Below are positions 1-10,127 of a stretch of 43,179 bases of DNA, piece by piece. Each line of letters opens with the position of its first letter. Positions within the stretch are counted from its first letter, which is position 1. Origin of the DNA: Candidatus Fraserbacteria bacterium (lineage in GTDB: Bacteria > Bipolaricaulota > Bipolaricaulia > RBG-16-55-9 > DRXL01); contig CAMTVK010000016.1 of assembly GCA_947085185.1 (NCBI GenBank), positions 1-43,179 on the forward strand, read 5' to 3'. Position numbers and translations under genes: made by a program. Below the pieces are notes generated by a model. It did no database searches. It was not told where the DNA came from and worked only from the letters and a program-made list of their open reading frames with translations.

Positions 1-700
1 AGAAGAGCACTAGCCCGGCGAAACATAAAGCGTTGGTCAAATTGTTCTGATGGCTGAAGGCGAGAAACCGCAGGCGGGTGCGCCCCTCCAAGAAGGTCCA
101 CTGGTAGCGCGGGAGCCGGGCCTGCTGCAGATGATGAACTAAGCGCGGACCCAGGGTGGCCTCGTCACGGATGTCTTTGACATCCACTTGGGCCAGAGCA
201 AAAGGCTGCTGGGTCTCCCAGGCCCAGTGGGCGGGGTAGCAGAGCTGGCGCTGCTTGCGGAGCCGGATGAGCCCGTGGCGGCGCAGGATGTGACGGATGG
301 TGTTGGGGGACAGCAGCAGGCGTTCGCGGTGCCATAGCTCACGGCTGAGCCGAGCTCGGCCATAGCCGGTCTGCTTTCGCAGCTGCACCACCTTCTGCTC
401 CAGAGCGGGTTTGGTCTGGCGTGGACAGGAGTGCGGGCGGCGGCTGCGGTCGGCCAGCCCGGCCTGGCCCTGGGCTTGCCAGCGGCGCACCCAGGTGCGG
501 ACCACCTGGCGGCTGGTCTGCCAGAGCCGGGCGGTGCGGGCAATGGAGCCCGTCTTCAGATAGGTCTGCACGAGTTGGCGTCTTGCTTCGCTCTTGTTCA
601 TGGTGTAGACTTCCTGGTACGATACGTCCATAGCGCGCATCCTTTCTGGGCGTTCTTCCATAGTCGTGCCCCTGAGAGGATGCCCGCTTTCTTGAGCCAT
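1..700 (-). CDS. IS481-family transposase (HTH plus start of rve/DDE integrase domain), 3' end outside window
   Basis: Manual translation from ATG 700 (SD GGAGGT 6 nt upstream; alternative ATG 631): ...SIARTARLWQTSRQVVRTWVRRWQAQGQAGLADRSRRPHSCPRQT...GYGRARLSREL...LSPNTIRHILRRHGL...AQVDVKD...RYQWTFLEGRTRLRF; open to the window edge, so absent from the ORF track. Confidence 0.85.
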   Translation of the reverse strand, partial: MAQESGHPLRGTTMEERPERMRAMDVSYQEVYTMNKSEARRQLVQTYLKTGSIARTARLWQTSRQVVRTWVRRWQAQGQAGLADRSRRPHSCPRQTKPALEQKVVQLRKQTGYGRARLSRELWHRERLLLSPNTIRHILRRHGLIRLRKQRQLCYPAHWAWETQQPFALAQVDVKDIRDEATLGPRLVHHLQQARLPRYQWTFLEGRTRLRFLAFSHQNNLTNALCFAGLVLF

Positions 701-742
701 TGCCACACCTCCCCCTGGTAACGATCTCTTGGCGCAGGGACC
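1..742 (-). mobile_element. IS481-family-like insertion sequence, left part (runs off window start)
   Basis: Transposase ORF (next feature) plus a candidate terminal sequence GGTCCCTGCGCCAAGAGATCGTTACC (minus strand, 742-717); the other end lies outside the window, so the boundary is inferred. Confidence 0.65.
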
Positions 743-750
743 TCGCGCCC

Positions 751-779
751 TTGACAGCCGCGGCTGTATATCTTATAAT
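751..779 (+). promoter_or_regulatory. sigma70 promoter of the ribosomal superoperon
   Basis: TTGACA (751-756), 17 bp, TATAAT (774-779): perfect consensus, ~95 bp upstream of rpsL. Confidence 0.9.
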
Positions 780-873
780 AGCCGCCAGAGATCGGTTTTG
801 CCCAATTCAGAGTTTCTTTTGGTTAGACGATCTCTCAATCCCTAAACGGTGTTAAGAACTCAAAGGAGTTTGT

Positions 874-1266
874 ATGCCAACATTGAATCAATTGGTGCGC
901 TATGGGCGCACCCCGATCAAGAAGATCAATCGGCGCTCTCAAGCGCTGGAGCACTGTCCGCAGAAGCGCGGGGTCTGCGTGCGCGTCTTCACCAAGACGC
1001 CCAAAAAGCCCAACTCCGCCCTGCGGAAGGTGGCTCGCGTGCGCTTGAGCAATAAGCAGATGGTCACGGCGTATATCGGGGGCGAGGGGCATAACTTGCA
1101 AGAGCACTCGATGGTGTTGGTGCGAGGGGGCCGCGTCAAGGACCTCCCCGGGGTGAACTACCACATCATTCGTGGGGCGCTGGACGCCGCAGGCGTCGAG
1201 GGCCGCAAGCGCGGACGCTCCAAGTACGGCGTCAAGAAGGGCGCAGCGGCGCAAGCCGCAGCCTAA
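874..1266 (+). CDS. rpsL: 30S ribosomal protein S12
   Basis: [44 protein letters not shown]. Confidence 0.99.
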   Translation: MPTLNQLVRYGRTPIKKINRRSQALEHCPQKRGVCVRVFTKTPKKPNSALRKVARVRLSNKQMVTAYIGGEGHNLQEHSMVLVRGGRVKDLPGVNYHIIRGALDAAGVEGRKRGRSKYGVKKGAAAQAAA

Positions 1267-1279
1267 CGGAGGCATGTGT

Positions 1280-1759
1280 ATGGCTCACCATACTTTAGAT
1301 CGAGTGATCCCCGGACGGCCCACAGCGCCGGACGTGCGCTACCAAAGCCCTATGGTGGAGAAGCTCATCAACTATGTGATGCGGGAGGGCAAGAAGTCCG
1401 TAGCACGACGGATTGTCTATCGAGCCTTTGACATCGTTGCGGAGAAGACCGGCGAGAATGCCCTCGAAGTCTACTTTAAAGCGTTAGCCAACTGTATGCC
1501 GAAGTTGGAGACCCGTTCGCGCCGCGTAGGCGGCTCGGCGTATCAGGTGCCCTATGAAGTTGAAGAAGACCGTCAGCGGACGTTGGCACTGCGGTGGTTG
1601 GTCGGCGCGGCGCGCGAGCGCAGCGAACGAAATATGGCAGAGCGGCTCGCCGCGGAGATGCTCGACGCCCTGAAAAACCAGGGCAGAGCCGTCGAGAAGA
1701 AGAACGAAGCCCACCGCATGGCCGAAGCCAACCGCCCCTTCGCCCACTACCGCTGGTAA
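1280..1759 (+). CDS. rpsG: 30S ribosomal protein S7
   Basis: GKKSVARRIVY, RSRRVGGSAYQVP, HRMAEANRPFAHYRW; ATG 1280 follows GGAGG. Confidence 0.98.
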   Translation: MAHHTLDRVIPGRPTAPDVRYQSPMVEKLINYVMREGKKSVARRIVYRAFDIVAEKTGENALEVYFKALANCMPKLETRSRRVGGSAYQVPYEVEEDRQRTLALRWLVGAARERSERNMAERLAAEMLDALKNQGRAVEKKNEAHRMAEANRPFAHYRW

Positions 1760-1778
1760 TCCCTTCATGTGATCTTGT

Positions 1779-3872
1779 ATGAAATCGCTGGGATACGATA
1801 TTGGAAAGATTCGAAATATTGGGATCATTGCCCATATTGATGCGGGCAAGACCACGACCACCGAGCGCCTGCTCTTTTATACGGGGCGCATCCACGACAT
1901 CGGCGATGTGGACGAAGGCGACACCGAGATGGACTGGATGCCGCAAGAGCGCGAGCGCGGCATTACTATCACGTCGGCCGCGACCACGTGTTTTTGGAGA
2001 GACCATCAGATTAATATCATTGACACCCCAGGACACGTGGATTTTACCGCCGAGGTCGAGCGGTCGTTACGAGTCCTAGATGGCGCGATCACAGTCTTCT
2101 CCGCCGTAGACGGCGTCGAACCCCAGTCGGAGCAAGTCTGGCGCCAAGCCGATAAGTACGCGACTCCCCGGATCGCGTATATTAATAAGATGGACCGGAT
2201 CGGCGCGAACTTTCACGCGGCCGTCGAATCCATGATCCAAAAGTTGGCCGTCACGCCCTTGCTGCTGCAGATCCCCTATGGCGAGGGCGATCAATTTGCC
2301 GGGATCATTGACCTGATCAAACAGAAGCTGATCGTGTGGGACCCAGCCTCCAAAGGGGCACGGTATGAATATAAAGAAATCCCCTCAGACTACGTGGAGG
2401 CGGCGCACCGTGCCCGCGAGAAGCTTTTGGAAACCCTCGCCGAAACTGATGAAGAGATTTTGACAAAGTTCTTAGAGGGGCAGCCCCTCAGCGAAGACGA
2501 GATCAAAAGAGCGGTGCGCAAGGCCTGTATCTCTGAACATATGAAAGTGCCTGTGCTGTGCGGCTCTTCTCTGAATAATATAGGGATTCAGCCGTTGCTC
2601 GATGCCGTCGTTGACTATCTGCCCAGCCCTTTGGATCGTGGGGTCATCGAGGGTTTGAGCGTCAACGGCGCGAGCGCCAACGGCGCCAAGATCGAGCGTC
2701 GTCCCACTGCCGATGATCCGTTGACCGCCCTGGCGTTCAAGGTCCAGACCGACGAATACACAGGACGATTGGTCTATATCCGTGTCTATTCGGGAAAGCT
2801 CACCAAAGGGTCGTATGTTTTCAACAGCACCACCGGGAAGACTGAGAGGGTCGCCCGCATATTCCATATGCACGCGAACAAGCGCACAGAAGTGGACGAA
2901 GTATTAGCGGGCAATATTGCTGCTGTCGTCGGCCCGAAGGATCTGTCGACTGGGGATACGATTTGCGATCCCAATGCGCCTATTCTCTTAGAAAAGATTG
3001 ACTTCCCTGAGCCTGTAGTCATGGCGGCCGTCGAGCCCAAGACCGACGCCGAAGAGGATAAACTGAGCGAAGCCCTCTATAAGCTCGCCCAAGAAGACCC
3101 GACTTTTCGCTATAGAGTTGACCCCGACACCAATCAGATGATCATCGCGGGGATGGGCGAGCTGCATCTGGAGATTCTCTTTGACAGATTGAAGCGGGAA
3201 TTCAAGGTCGAAGCGAACATGGGGCGCCCGCAGGTCGCCTATCGCGAGACCTTGGCTGAGCCGGTCGAGGTCGAGGAGAAATTTATCAAGCAGACGGGCG
3301 GGCGCGGACAGTATGCGCACGTGTGTATTCGCTTTGAGCCGCTTCCTCGGGGGAGCGGGTTTGAGTTCGTGGACGAGGTGAAGGGTGGGGTCATCCCCAG
3401 GGAGTTTATCCCGGCAGTGCAGAAGGGCTTGGAAGAGTCTTTGGCTAGTGGGCCGCTGGGCGGATTCCCCATCGTTGATATCCGTGCGGTGCTCTTTTAT
3501 GGGTCGTCGCACCCGGTTGATTCGAGCGAGATCGCGTTTAAGACCGCGGCGGCACGCGCCCTCACCCAAGCGTTCGAGAAAGCTCAGGCGCACCTGCTCG
3601 AACCCATTATGATGTGTGAGATCGTCACTCCCGAGGAGTACGTGGGTGAGATTCTCACTGATGTGCAGTCGCGTCGTGCCCAGATTACCGCCATGGAAGT
3701 CCGGCATAATGCTCAGATCATTCACGCGCTTATTCCCTTGGCGGAGACGTTTGGCTATGCCACGCAGCTGCGCTCGATCTCGCAAGGGCGCGCGACATAT
3801 AGTTTGCGCTTCTCACACTATGACATTGTGCCAAGCACTCTCAAAGAAGAGATTCTGAAGGGGAGAAAGTAA
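1779..3872 (+). CDS. fusA: elongation factor G
   Basis: RNIGIIAHIDAGKTTTTER, ERGITITSAA, DTPGHVDF, NKMD, GMGELHLEI, KQTGGRGQYAHV. Confidence 0.99.
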   Translation: MKSLGYDIGKIRNIGIIAHIDAGKTTTTERLLFYTGRIHDIGDVDEGDTEMDWMPQERERGITITSAATTCFWRDHQINIIDTPGHVDFTAEVERSLRVLDGAITVFSAVDGVEPQSEQVWRQADKYATPRIAYINKMDRIGANFHAAVESMIQKLAVTPLLLQIPYGEGDQFAGIIDLIKQKLIVWDPASKGARYEYKEIPSDYVEAAHRAREKLLETLAETDEEILTKFLEGQPLSEDEIKRAVRKACISEHMKVPVLCGSSLNNIGIQPLLDAVVDYLPSPLDRGVIEGLSVNGASANGAKIERRPTADDPLTALAFKVQTDEYTGRLVYIRVYSGKLTKGSYVFNSTTGKTERVARIFHMHANKRTEVDEVLAGNIAAVVGPKDLSTGDTICDPNAPILLEKIDFPEPVVMAAVEPKTDAEEDKLSEALYKLAQEDPTFRYRVDPDTNQMIIAGMGELHLEILFDRLKREFKVEANMGRPQVAYRETLAEPVEVEEKFIKQTGGRGQYAHVCIRFEPLPRGSGFEFVDEVKGGVIPREFIPAVQKGLEESLASGPLGGFPIVDIRAVLFYGSSHPVDSSEIAFKTAAARALTQAFEKAQAHLLEPIMMCEIVTPEEYVGEILTDVQSRRAQITAMEVRHNAQIIHALIPLAETFGYATQLRSISQGRATYSLRFSHYDIVPSTLKEEILKGRK

Positions 3873-4181
3873 ATGGCTCGAGAGAAGATTCGCATTCGCT
3901 TAAAAGGCTACGATCACGAGTTGGTGGACGACGCCACCCGACGGATCGTCAAGACCGCGCAAGAGACGCGGGCGAAGATCATCGGGCCGGTGCCGTTGCC
4001 CACCGAAGTCCATCGGTACACGGTGTTGCGATCGCCGCATGTCAACAAGAAATCTATGGAGCATTTTGAGCGCCGTGTCCATAAGAGATTGATTGATATT
4101 AAAGAGCCGACTTCGGAGACGATCAACGCTCTGATGGACATCGAGTTGCCTGCGGGCATTGACATCGAGGTGAAGCTGTAA
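3873..4181 (+). CDS. rpsJ: 30S ribosomal protein S10
   Basis: [32 protein letters not shown]. Confidence 0.99.
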   Translation: MAREKIRIRLKGYDHELVDDATRRIVKTAQETRAKIIGPVPLPTEVHRYTVLRSPHVNKKSMEHFERRVHKRLIDIKEPTSETINALMDIELPAGIDIEVKL

Positions 4182-4182
4182 C

Positions 4183-4809
4183 ATGTCCCTGGGGATCTTA
4201 GGCGAAAAAGCCGGGATGATCACGTGGTTTGATGCCGAGGGCAGGGCCCTCGCGGCTACTGTTCTCTACGCTGAGCCCTCGGTTGTTACCCAGGTCAAAT
4301 CCGTGCAGAGCGATGGGTATAACGCCATTCAAGTCGGCTACGGCGCGGTGAAAGAGAAGCACGTGACCAAGCCCCTCAAGGGGCACTTTCATAAAGCGGG
4401 GCTCCCCGTCAAGCGCACCCTGCGGGAGTTCCGCATCGCTCATCCTGAAGAGTTCAAAGTAGGACAGGAGTTGAGCGTCGCGCTCTTTCAGGAGGGCGAG
4501 TTCGTTTCTGTGAGCGGGATCTCCAAGGGCAAGGGGTTTGCTGGGGTGATGAAGCGCCATGACTTTTTAGGCGGCCCGGACTCCCACGGCTCAAGCAAAT
4601 GGCACCGTCGTCCCGGGTCGATTGGGAGCATTCGTGCTACCGGACGGACGTTTAAAGGGTGGCGCATGGCTGGGCATATGGGGCACCAGCGCGTCACTGT
4701 GAAGAATCTCAAAGTGTTGAAAGTCTATCCCGAGAAAAATCTGATCGTCGTGCAGGGGGCTGTTCCTGGCCCACGGCGCGGCCTCGTGGAGATTCGCAAG
4801 GCATCATAG
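4183..4809 (+). CDS. rplC: 50S ribosomal protein L3
   Basis: GEKAGM, DGYNAIQVG, SKGKGFAGVMKRH, HRRPGSIG, GAVPGP. Confidence 0.99.
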   Translation: MSLGILGEKAGMITWFDAEGRALAATVLYAEPSVVTQVKSVQSDGYNAIQVGYGAVKEKHVTKPLKGHFHKAGLPVKRTLREFRIAHPEEFKVGQELSVALFQEGEFVSVSGISKGKGFAGVMKRHDFLGGPDSHGSSKWHRRPGSIGSIRATGRTFKGWRMAGHMGHQRVTVKNLKVLKVYPEKNLIVVQGAVPGPRRGLVEIRKAS

Positions 4810-4824
4810 AGGGAGAGAAAGCCT

Positions 4825-5520
4825 ATGGCTGAAGGAGAGAAAGCATTGGTGGTACCGCTCTATAGATTCGACGGCAGCCCCACAGGGCAGATCACGTTAA
4901 GCGAGAAGCTCTTTGGGTACAGAGTGCATCAAGATCTGCTCTACCGTGCGGTGCGGATCTATCTGTTGAACTTGAGGCAAGGGACGCACTCGACCAAGAC
5001 CCGCGGCGAGGTCGTAGGCTCGGGCAAGAAGCCCTGGCCCCAAAAGCACACAGGGCGGGCGCGCCACGGGATGCGGCGCTCTCCCCTGTGGCGCAAGGGC
5101 GGCGTCACGTTCGGTCCCAAGCCCAAAGAATATGATTATGACTTGCCCAAGAAGCAGCGCCGTCGCGCTTTGCAGTCGGCGCTGCTTGCGAAGGTGCGCG
5201 ACGCTCAGTTTGGGGTCTTGGATCGGATCATGTTCGAGAGGCCCAAAACGAAAGAGGGCGTCCAGATGCTCGAGCGCATCGGGTTAGTCAAAGATCCTCG
5301 AGAGCTTCACAAGACGCAGAATCAGTTTTTGCTCGTGGTCTCGCCGAAGGAGTACGGGCTGCCTGTGAAGAAGACGTTTGCGAATCTGCCGTGGGCCAAG
5401 TGTGTAGAATCGGGCAGCCTCACGGTCTATGACGTGCTCAAGTATGGGTATCTCTTAGTGACCCAGCAAGCGCTGAGCGAACTGGAGGCGCGGTGTGCTG
5501 TGGACGGGGCGGTGAACTGA
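4825..5520 (+). CDS. rplD: 50S ribosomal protein L4
   Basis: RQGTHSTKTRGEVVGSGKKPWPQKHTGRARHG, GGVTFGPKP. Confidence 0.99.
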   Translation: MAEGEKALVVPLYRFDGSPTGQITLSEKLFGYRVHQDLLYRAVRIYLLNLRQGTHSTKTRGEVVGSGKKPWPQKHTGRARHGMRRSPLWRKGGVTFGPKPKEYDYDLPKKQRRRALQSALLAKVRDAQFGVLDRIMFERPKTKEGVQMLERIGLVKDPRELHKTQNQFLLVVSPKEYGLPVKKTFANLPWAKCVESGSLTVYDVLKYGYLLVTQQALSELEARCAVDGAVN

Positions 5521-5521
5521 G

Positions 5522-5812
5522 ATGAGCTTTCTTGAAGATGTGTTGCGCGAGCCTGTGATCAGCGAGAAGGGCTGGCGCCTGCAAGAAGAGAACAAATACG
5601 TCTTTGATGTGCATCCCAAGGCTAATAAGAACCAGATCAAGCGCGCCGTGGAGAGCATCTTTAAAGTGAAGGTGCTTCAGGTCTGGTCGCTGCACATGCC
5701 CAGCAAGCCCCGAAGAAAGAAGTTCTATGAGCGGGGGCAACTGCCCGGGTGGAAGAAAGCGATCGTGCAGGTAGCCAAGGGACAGCGCATTGAAGTCTAT
5801 AACAAAGGGTGA
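5522..5812 (+). CDS. rplW: 50S ribosomal protein L23
   Basis: [33 protein letters not shown]. Confidence 0.98.
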   Translation: MSFLEDVLREPVISEKGWRLQEENKYVFDVHPKANKNQIKRAVESIFKVKVLQVWSLHMPSKPRRKKFYERGQLPGWKKAIVQVAKGQRIEVYNKG

Positions 5813-5816
5813 AAAG

Positions 5817-6653
5817 ATGCCGACTCGAAAATTTAAGCCGATTACGCCCAGTCGCCGACATATGGAGCTCCCGGACTTCAGCGAGCTCACCAAAAGAGAG
5901 CCAGAGAAGAACTTGCTGGAGCCGCTCAAAAAGAGCGGGGGCCGGAATAATCAAGGCCGGATCACGGTGCGCCATCGCGGCGGTGGGCATAAACGTCTCT
6001 ATAGGATTATTGACTTTGCTCGTGATAAGTGGGGAGTGCCGGCGCGGGTTGTCTCCAAGGAGTACGATCCGAATCGCTCGGCGTGGATCACGCTGGTGCA
6101 CTACGCCGATGGCGAGAAACGCTATATTCTCTCCCCGGTGAATTTGGAGATCGGCTCGGTGATCGAGGCTGGGGAGAACGTTGAGGCGCGGGTGGGCAAT
6201 GCGCTCCCGCTCAAGAAGATCCCTGTAGGGGCGATGGTGCATTGTGTGGAGTTTTGGCCAGGCGCGGGAGGGAAGCTGGCCCGTGCTGCCGGAACGGCGT
6301 GTCACGTGATGGCCGTCGAGGGGGGCTATGCACGATTGCGATTGCCGTCGGGGGAGATCCGGCTCTTTCACGAAGATTGTATGGCGACCATAGGCCAAGT
6401 GGGGAATATTGATCACAAGAACGTGGTGCATGGGAAAGCTGGGCGTGTGCGTCACTTAGGGATTCGTCCTACGGTGCGCGGCACGGCCATGAACCCCGTA
6501 GACCATCCGCACGGCGGTGGTGAGGGGCGACACTATGTCGGTGGGCCGCCACGCACATTCTCGGGGAAGCCCGCCAAGGGCGTGCGCACTCGTAAGCCCC
6601 ATAAGCCCAGCGATCGTTGGATCGTCTCGCGGCGCAAAGGGGGGAAGGTCTAA
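5817..6653 (+). CDS. rplB: 50S ribosomal protein L2
   Basis: [50 protein letters not shown]; start set at ATG 5817. Confidence 0.99.
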   Translation: MPTRKFKPITPSRRHMELPDFSELTKREPEKNLLEPLKKSGGRNNQGRITVRHRGGGHKRLYRIIDFARDKWGVPARVVSKEYDPNRSAWITLVHYADGEKRYILSPVNLEIGSVIEAGENVEARVGNALPLKKIPVGAMVHCVEFWPGAGGKLARAAGTACHVMAVEGGYARLRLPSGEIRLFHEDCMATIGQVGNIDHKNVVHGKAGRVRHLGIRPTVRGTAMNPVDHPHGGGEGRHYVGGPPRTFSGKPAKGVRTRKPHKPSDRWIVSRRKGGKV

Positions 6654-6654
6654 C

Positions 6655-6939
6655 ATGGCGCGTTCGTTGAAGAAAGGCCCGTATGTGCACCCGAAGCTGC
6701 TCAAGAAAGTCGAGAAGATGAAGCGCGGGGAGATCTCCGAGATCAAGACGTGGTCCCGCGCGAGCATGATCACCCCGCAGATGGTTGGGCTGACTATTAA
6801 AGTGCACAATGGCAAGACGCACATCCCGGTCTCGATTGTCGAGACGATGGTCGGGCATCGCCTCGGGGAGTTTGCTCTGACGCGCACGTTTAAGGCGCAC
6901 GGTGGCATCAAGAAGAAGAAGGCCCCTGCGCTGAAGTAA
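6655..6939 (+). CDS. rpsS: 30S ribosomal protein S19
   Basis: [36 protein letters not shown]. Confidence 0.99.
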   Translation: MARSLKKGPYVHPKLLKKVEKMKRGEISEIKTWSRASMITPQMVGLTIKVHNGKTHIPVSIVETMVGHRLGEFALTRTFKAHGGIKKKKAPALK

Positions 6940-6957
6940 TCTGGAGGAGCGTTCTAT

Positions 6958-7320
6958 ATGGAAGCGCGAGCTTATGCGAGATGGGTTCGGATATCGCCTC
7001 TCAAGGCGCGGCTCTTGACAAAAGAGATCCAGGGCAAGCCGGTGGACGAGGCGCTGCGCTTGGTGCGCTTCGCCAAGGTGAAGGCGGCGCAGAGCGTGCG
7101 CAAGTGCTTAGAGTCGGCGGTCGCCAATGCTGAAGCAAACTTTGGCATGGACGTGGATGCCCTATGGGTCAAGGAGGCCCGCGTGGACAAAGGCCCGTTC
7201 TTGAAGCGATTGCGCCCAGGGTCGCGCGGGAAGATGTCCATCCGCAAGCGACGCATAAGTCATATCACGGTCGTCGTCTGCGATGAGCCGCTCCGGGCTT
7301 CTAAGCAGAAGGAAGGATAG
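6958..7320 (+). CDS. rplV: 50S ribosomal protein L22
   Basis: RISPLKARL, LESAVANAE, VDKGPFLKR, SHITVVV. Confidence 0.98.
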   Translation: MEARAYARWVRISPLKARLLTKEIQGKPVDEALRLVRFAKVKAAQSVRKCLESAVANAEANFGMDVDALWVKEARVDKGPFLKRLRPGSRGKMSIRKRRISHITVVVCDEPLRASKQKEG

Positions 7321-7322
7321 CT

Positions 7323-8003
7323 ATGGGACACAAGACGCATCCGTACGGGATTCGCCTGGGGATCAACAAGAAGTGGAAATCAAACTGGTTCTCCGAGAAG
7401 AACGCGCCCGACTATGTCAAAGAGGACCAGCGGATTCGCTCGATGATTAAAGAGCGCTATTATGGTGCGGGGATCGCCCAGGTCAGCATCGAGCGCCCTA
7501 CTGAAGAGCTGGTCTCGATCTTGATTTCCACGGCGCGGCCAGGGATCATCATCGGCAGGGGGGGACAGGAGATTGACCAGTTCCAAAGAGAGCTCGAAGA
7601 GGCCCTCAAGCGTAAAGTCAAGATTTATATCAAAGAAGTAGATCATCCGGATTTAGAGGCGGTGTTGGTCGCTGAGGATGTGGCGTCACGGATTCAGAAT
7701 CGTATTCCGGTTCCGCGCGCCATGAAAGAAGTCATCCAACGGGTCATGGAGCATGGGGCCAAGGGGATCAAGATTCGCTGTGGCGGCCGACTGGGTGGGG
7801 CGGAGATCGCTCGGTCTATTGAGAGCAAAGTTGGGCGGGTCCCGTTGCAGACGATTCGCGCTGATATTGACTACGGCTTTGCTCAAGCTCTGACCAAATA
7901 CGGCATGATCGGGATCAAAGTCTGGCTCTATCGTGGAGATATCTACCCCGCTCGAGGGGGTGAGTCCCGTGGCGTTACTAGCGCCCAAGCAACGCAAGTT
8001 TAG
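7323..8003 (+). CDS. rpsC: 30S ribosomal protein S3
   Basis: [50 protein letters not shown]. Confidence 0.99.
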   Translation: MGHKTHPYGIRLGINKKWKSNWFSEKNAPDYVKEDQRIRSMIKERYYGAGIAQVSIERPTEELVSILISTARPGIIIGRGGQEIDQFQRELEEALKRKVKIYIKEVDHPDLEAVLVAEDVASRIQNRIPVPRAMKEVIQRVMEHGAKGIKIRCGGRLGGAEIARSIESKVGRVPLQTIRADIDYGFAQALTKYGMIGIKVWLYRGDIYPARGGESRGVTSAQATQV

Positions 8004-8400
8004 AAAAGATCATCGCGGCAATCGCAAGGGCAAGGCCCTGCGCGGTTCTTCCGTGGCGTTTGGGGATTTTGGCATCCAAGCGCTGGAGCCCGCGTGGATC
8101 ACGGCCCAGCAGATCGAAGCCTGTCGCACGGTCATGGTGCGCGAGATGGAGAAGAACTCTAAAATCTGGGTGCGCATCTTCCCGGACAAGCCCATCACCA
8201 AGAAGCCCGCGGAGACGCGCATGGGCAAGGGGAAGGGCGATCCCGTGGGCTGGTGCGCCGTGGTGCTGCCTGGACGGATCCTCTTTGAGTTCAGCGGAGT
8301 CGATCGCGCTCAGGCACAACAGATTCACAGATTGGTTGATCATAAGCTGCCCATCAGGACGCGCCTGCGGGAGCGCCTGAAGTTGGGCGGGGAGAAGTGA
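7969..8400 (+). CDS. rplP: 50S ribosomal protein L16
   Basis: [46 protein letters not shown] start 7969 inferred from SD-like GAGGGGGTG. Confidence 0.97.
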   Translation: MALLAPKQRKFRKDHRGNRKGKALRGSSVAFGDFGIQALEPAWITAQQIEACRTVMVREMEKNSKIWVRIFPDKPITKKPAETRMGKGKGDPVGWCAVVLPGRILFEFSGVDRAQAQQIHRLVDHKLPIRTRLRERLKLGGEK

Positions 8401-8615
8401 AATATATGGAGAAACCGGAGCAGTTACGTGGGATGAGCGATGCTGAGCTTCGTCAGAAAGAGCGAGACCTGAAACGGCAGCTCTTCAATGTGCGCTTTGC
8501 CGTCTCCACCGGGCAACAAGATAACACGGCGTTGCTGGCGCAGATAAAACGCCAAATTGCTCGGGTCAAGACGATCTTGCGAGAGCGCCAGTTGAAGGGC
8601 ACACAGCGAGGATGA
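8397..8615 (+). CDS. rpmC: 50S ribosomal protein L29
   Basis: LFNVRF...TGQ...[15 protein letters not shown]; position in the S10 cluster. Confidence 0.96.
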   Translation: MKYMEKPEQLRGMSDAELRQKERDLKRQLFNVRFAVSTGQQDNTALLAQIKRQIARVKTILRERQLKGTQRG

Positions 8616-8620
8616 CCCCC

Positions 8621-8875
8621 ATGCCCAAGAGAGAGAAGATTGGACGGGTTGTAAGCGACAAGATGGCCAAGACCATCACGGTATTGGTGGAGACGCGCGT
8701 TGCTCACCCGTTGTATAAGAAATATTATATGAAGCGCGCGAAGTTCTACGCGCACGACGAGCACGGCCAAGCGAAGCAGGGCGATCTGGTGAGGATCGTC
8801 GAGTGTCGGCCGCTCTCGCGGCTCAAGCGCTGGCGCTTGGTCGAGGTGTTAGAGCGCGCGCAGATACCGTCTTAG
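8621..8875 (+). CDS. rpsQ: 30S ribosomal protein S17
   Basis: [39 protein letters not shown] (alternative ATG 8612). Confidence 0.98.
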   Translation: MPKREKIGRVVSDKMAKTITVLVETRVAHPLYKKYYMKRAKFYAHDEHGQAKQGDLVRIVECRPLSRLKRWRLVEVLERAQIPS

Positions 8876-8887
8876 GAGGAGCGCGCC

Positions 8888-9256
8888 ATGATTCAGATTC
8901 GCAGTATTTTGAAAGTTGCGGACAACTCCGGGGTGAAGGAAGTCCGGGTGATCAGCGTGATGGGACAGCCGAGCGCGGCCTGGGGCCAGATCGGTGATAT
9001 CGTTGTGGCTTCGGTGCAGAAGCGCATTCCCACAAGCGAGATCGGCAAAGGAGCTGTCGTCAAGGGCGTGATCGTGCGCACGCGCCAACCCTATCGGCGT
9101 AAGGACGGCAGCTACATCCGCTTCGATGATAACGCTGTGGTCTTGATTAACGCGTCGAAGGAGCCTGTGGGGACGCGCATCTTTGGCCCGGTGCCCCGCG
9201 AGCTGCGGGAGAAGGGCATGGTGCGGATTCTCTCGCTTGCGCCGGAGGTGCTCTGA
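8888..9256 (+). CDS. rplN: 50S ribosomal protein L14
   Basis: MIQ...[39 protein letters not shown]. Confidence 0.99.
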   Translation: MIQIRSILKVADNSGVKEVRVISVMGQPSAAWGQIGDIVVASVQKRIPTSEIGKGAVVKGVIVRTRQPYRRKDGSYIRFDDNAVVLINASKEPVGTRIFGPVPRELREKGMVRILSLAPEVL

Positions 9257-9570
9257 TGCAGAAGATTCGCAAGGGCGACACCGTGAGAGTCATCGCGGGC
9301 AACGACAAAGGCAAGGAGGGCCAGGTCTTGCAGGTCCTGCCCAAGTCCCGTAGAATTATCGTGAAAGGCGTGCGCATGATCACACGCCACCTGCGGCCCT
9401 CCGCCAAACACCGCGAAGGCGGGATCGTCCAGCAGGAGGGCACGCTAGATATCAGCAATGTCTTATTAATCTGCCCTGAGTGTGACCGTCCCACGCGCGT
9501 CGGCTTCGTAGTTACGGAGTCGGGAGAGAAGCTGCGCCAGTGCAAGCAGTGTAAGAAGACATTTGATTAG
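9256..9570 (+). CDS. rplX: 50S ribosomal protein L24
   Basis: [36 protein letters not shown]...CKQC. Confidence 0.98.
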   Translation: MQKIRKGDTVRVIAGNDKGKEGQVLQVLPKSRRIIVKGVRMITRHLRPSAKHREGGIVQQEGTLDISNVLLICPECDRPTRVGFVVTESGEKLRQCKQCKKTFD

Positions 9571-9581
9571 GGTGTGAAGCC

Positions 9582-10112
9582 ATGCTCTACGAACGCTATC
9601 GGAAAGAGATCGTGCCCAAGCTCATGAAAGAGTTGGGCTATAAGAATATTATGCAGGTCCCCAAGATAGAGAAGATCGTGATTAATATGGGGATCAAAGA
9701 GAAGGACGACCCTAAGAAGATCGAGGGATGTGTGAAGGATTTGATGATGATCACGGGGCAGCGTCCTGTCGTCACCAAAGCCAAGAAGAGCATTTCAGAT
9801 TTTGGGATTACCAAGGGGGACCCTGTGGGGTGTATGGTGACGTTGCGGGGGGCGCGGGCGTATGCGTTCTTCGAGAAGCTCGTCAATATCGTGCTCCCGG
9901 CGATCAGGGACTTTCGAGGGGTATCGGCGGATTCGTTCGATGGGCGTGGGAATTTTTCGCTGGGCTTGAGCGATCAATTGGTCTTCCCGGAGATTAAATA
10001 CGACCAGATTGCCAAGGTGCAGGGTATGGATATCTGTATTGTGACGACGGCGCAGACGGATCGTGAGGGGTATTATCTGCTCAAGGCGTTAGGGATGCCC
10101 TTCAAAGATTAG
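9582..10112 (+). CDS. rplE: 50S ribosomal protein L5
   Basis: [38 protein letters not shown]. Confidence 0.99.
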   Translation: MLYERYRKEIVPKLMKELGYKNIMQVPKIEKIVINMGIKEKDDPKKIEGCVKDLMMITGQRPVVTKAKKSISDFGITKGDPVGCMVTLRGARAYAFFEKLVNIVLPAIRDFRGVSADSFDGRGNFSLGLSDQLVFPEIKYDQIAKVQGMDICIVTTAQTDREGYYLLKALGMPFKD

Positions 10113-10127
10113 CAAGGAGGAAGATTC

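Noticed and set aside
139..721. ORF-track entries 139-543(-), 421-633(+) and 431-721(+)
   Set aside because: Shadow frames of the transposase, which has an SD and recognisable motifs in another minus-strand frame.
2658..2687. 15-bp imperfect tandem duplication in fusA (SVNGA SANGA)
   Set aside because: Falls in the variable linker between the G domain and domain II; no functional signal.
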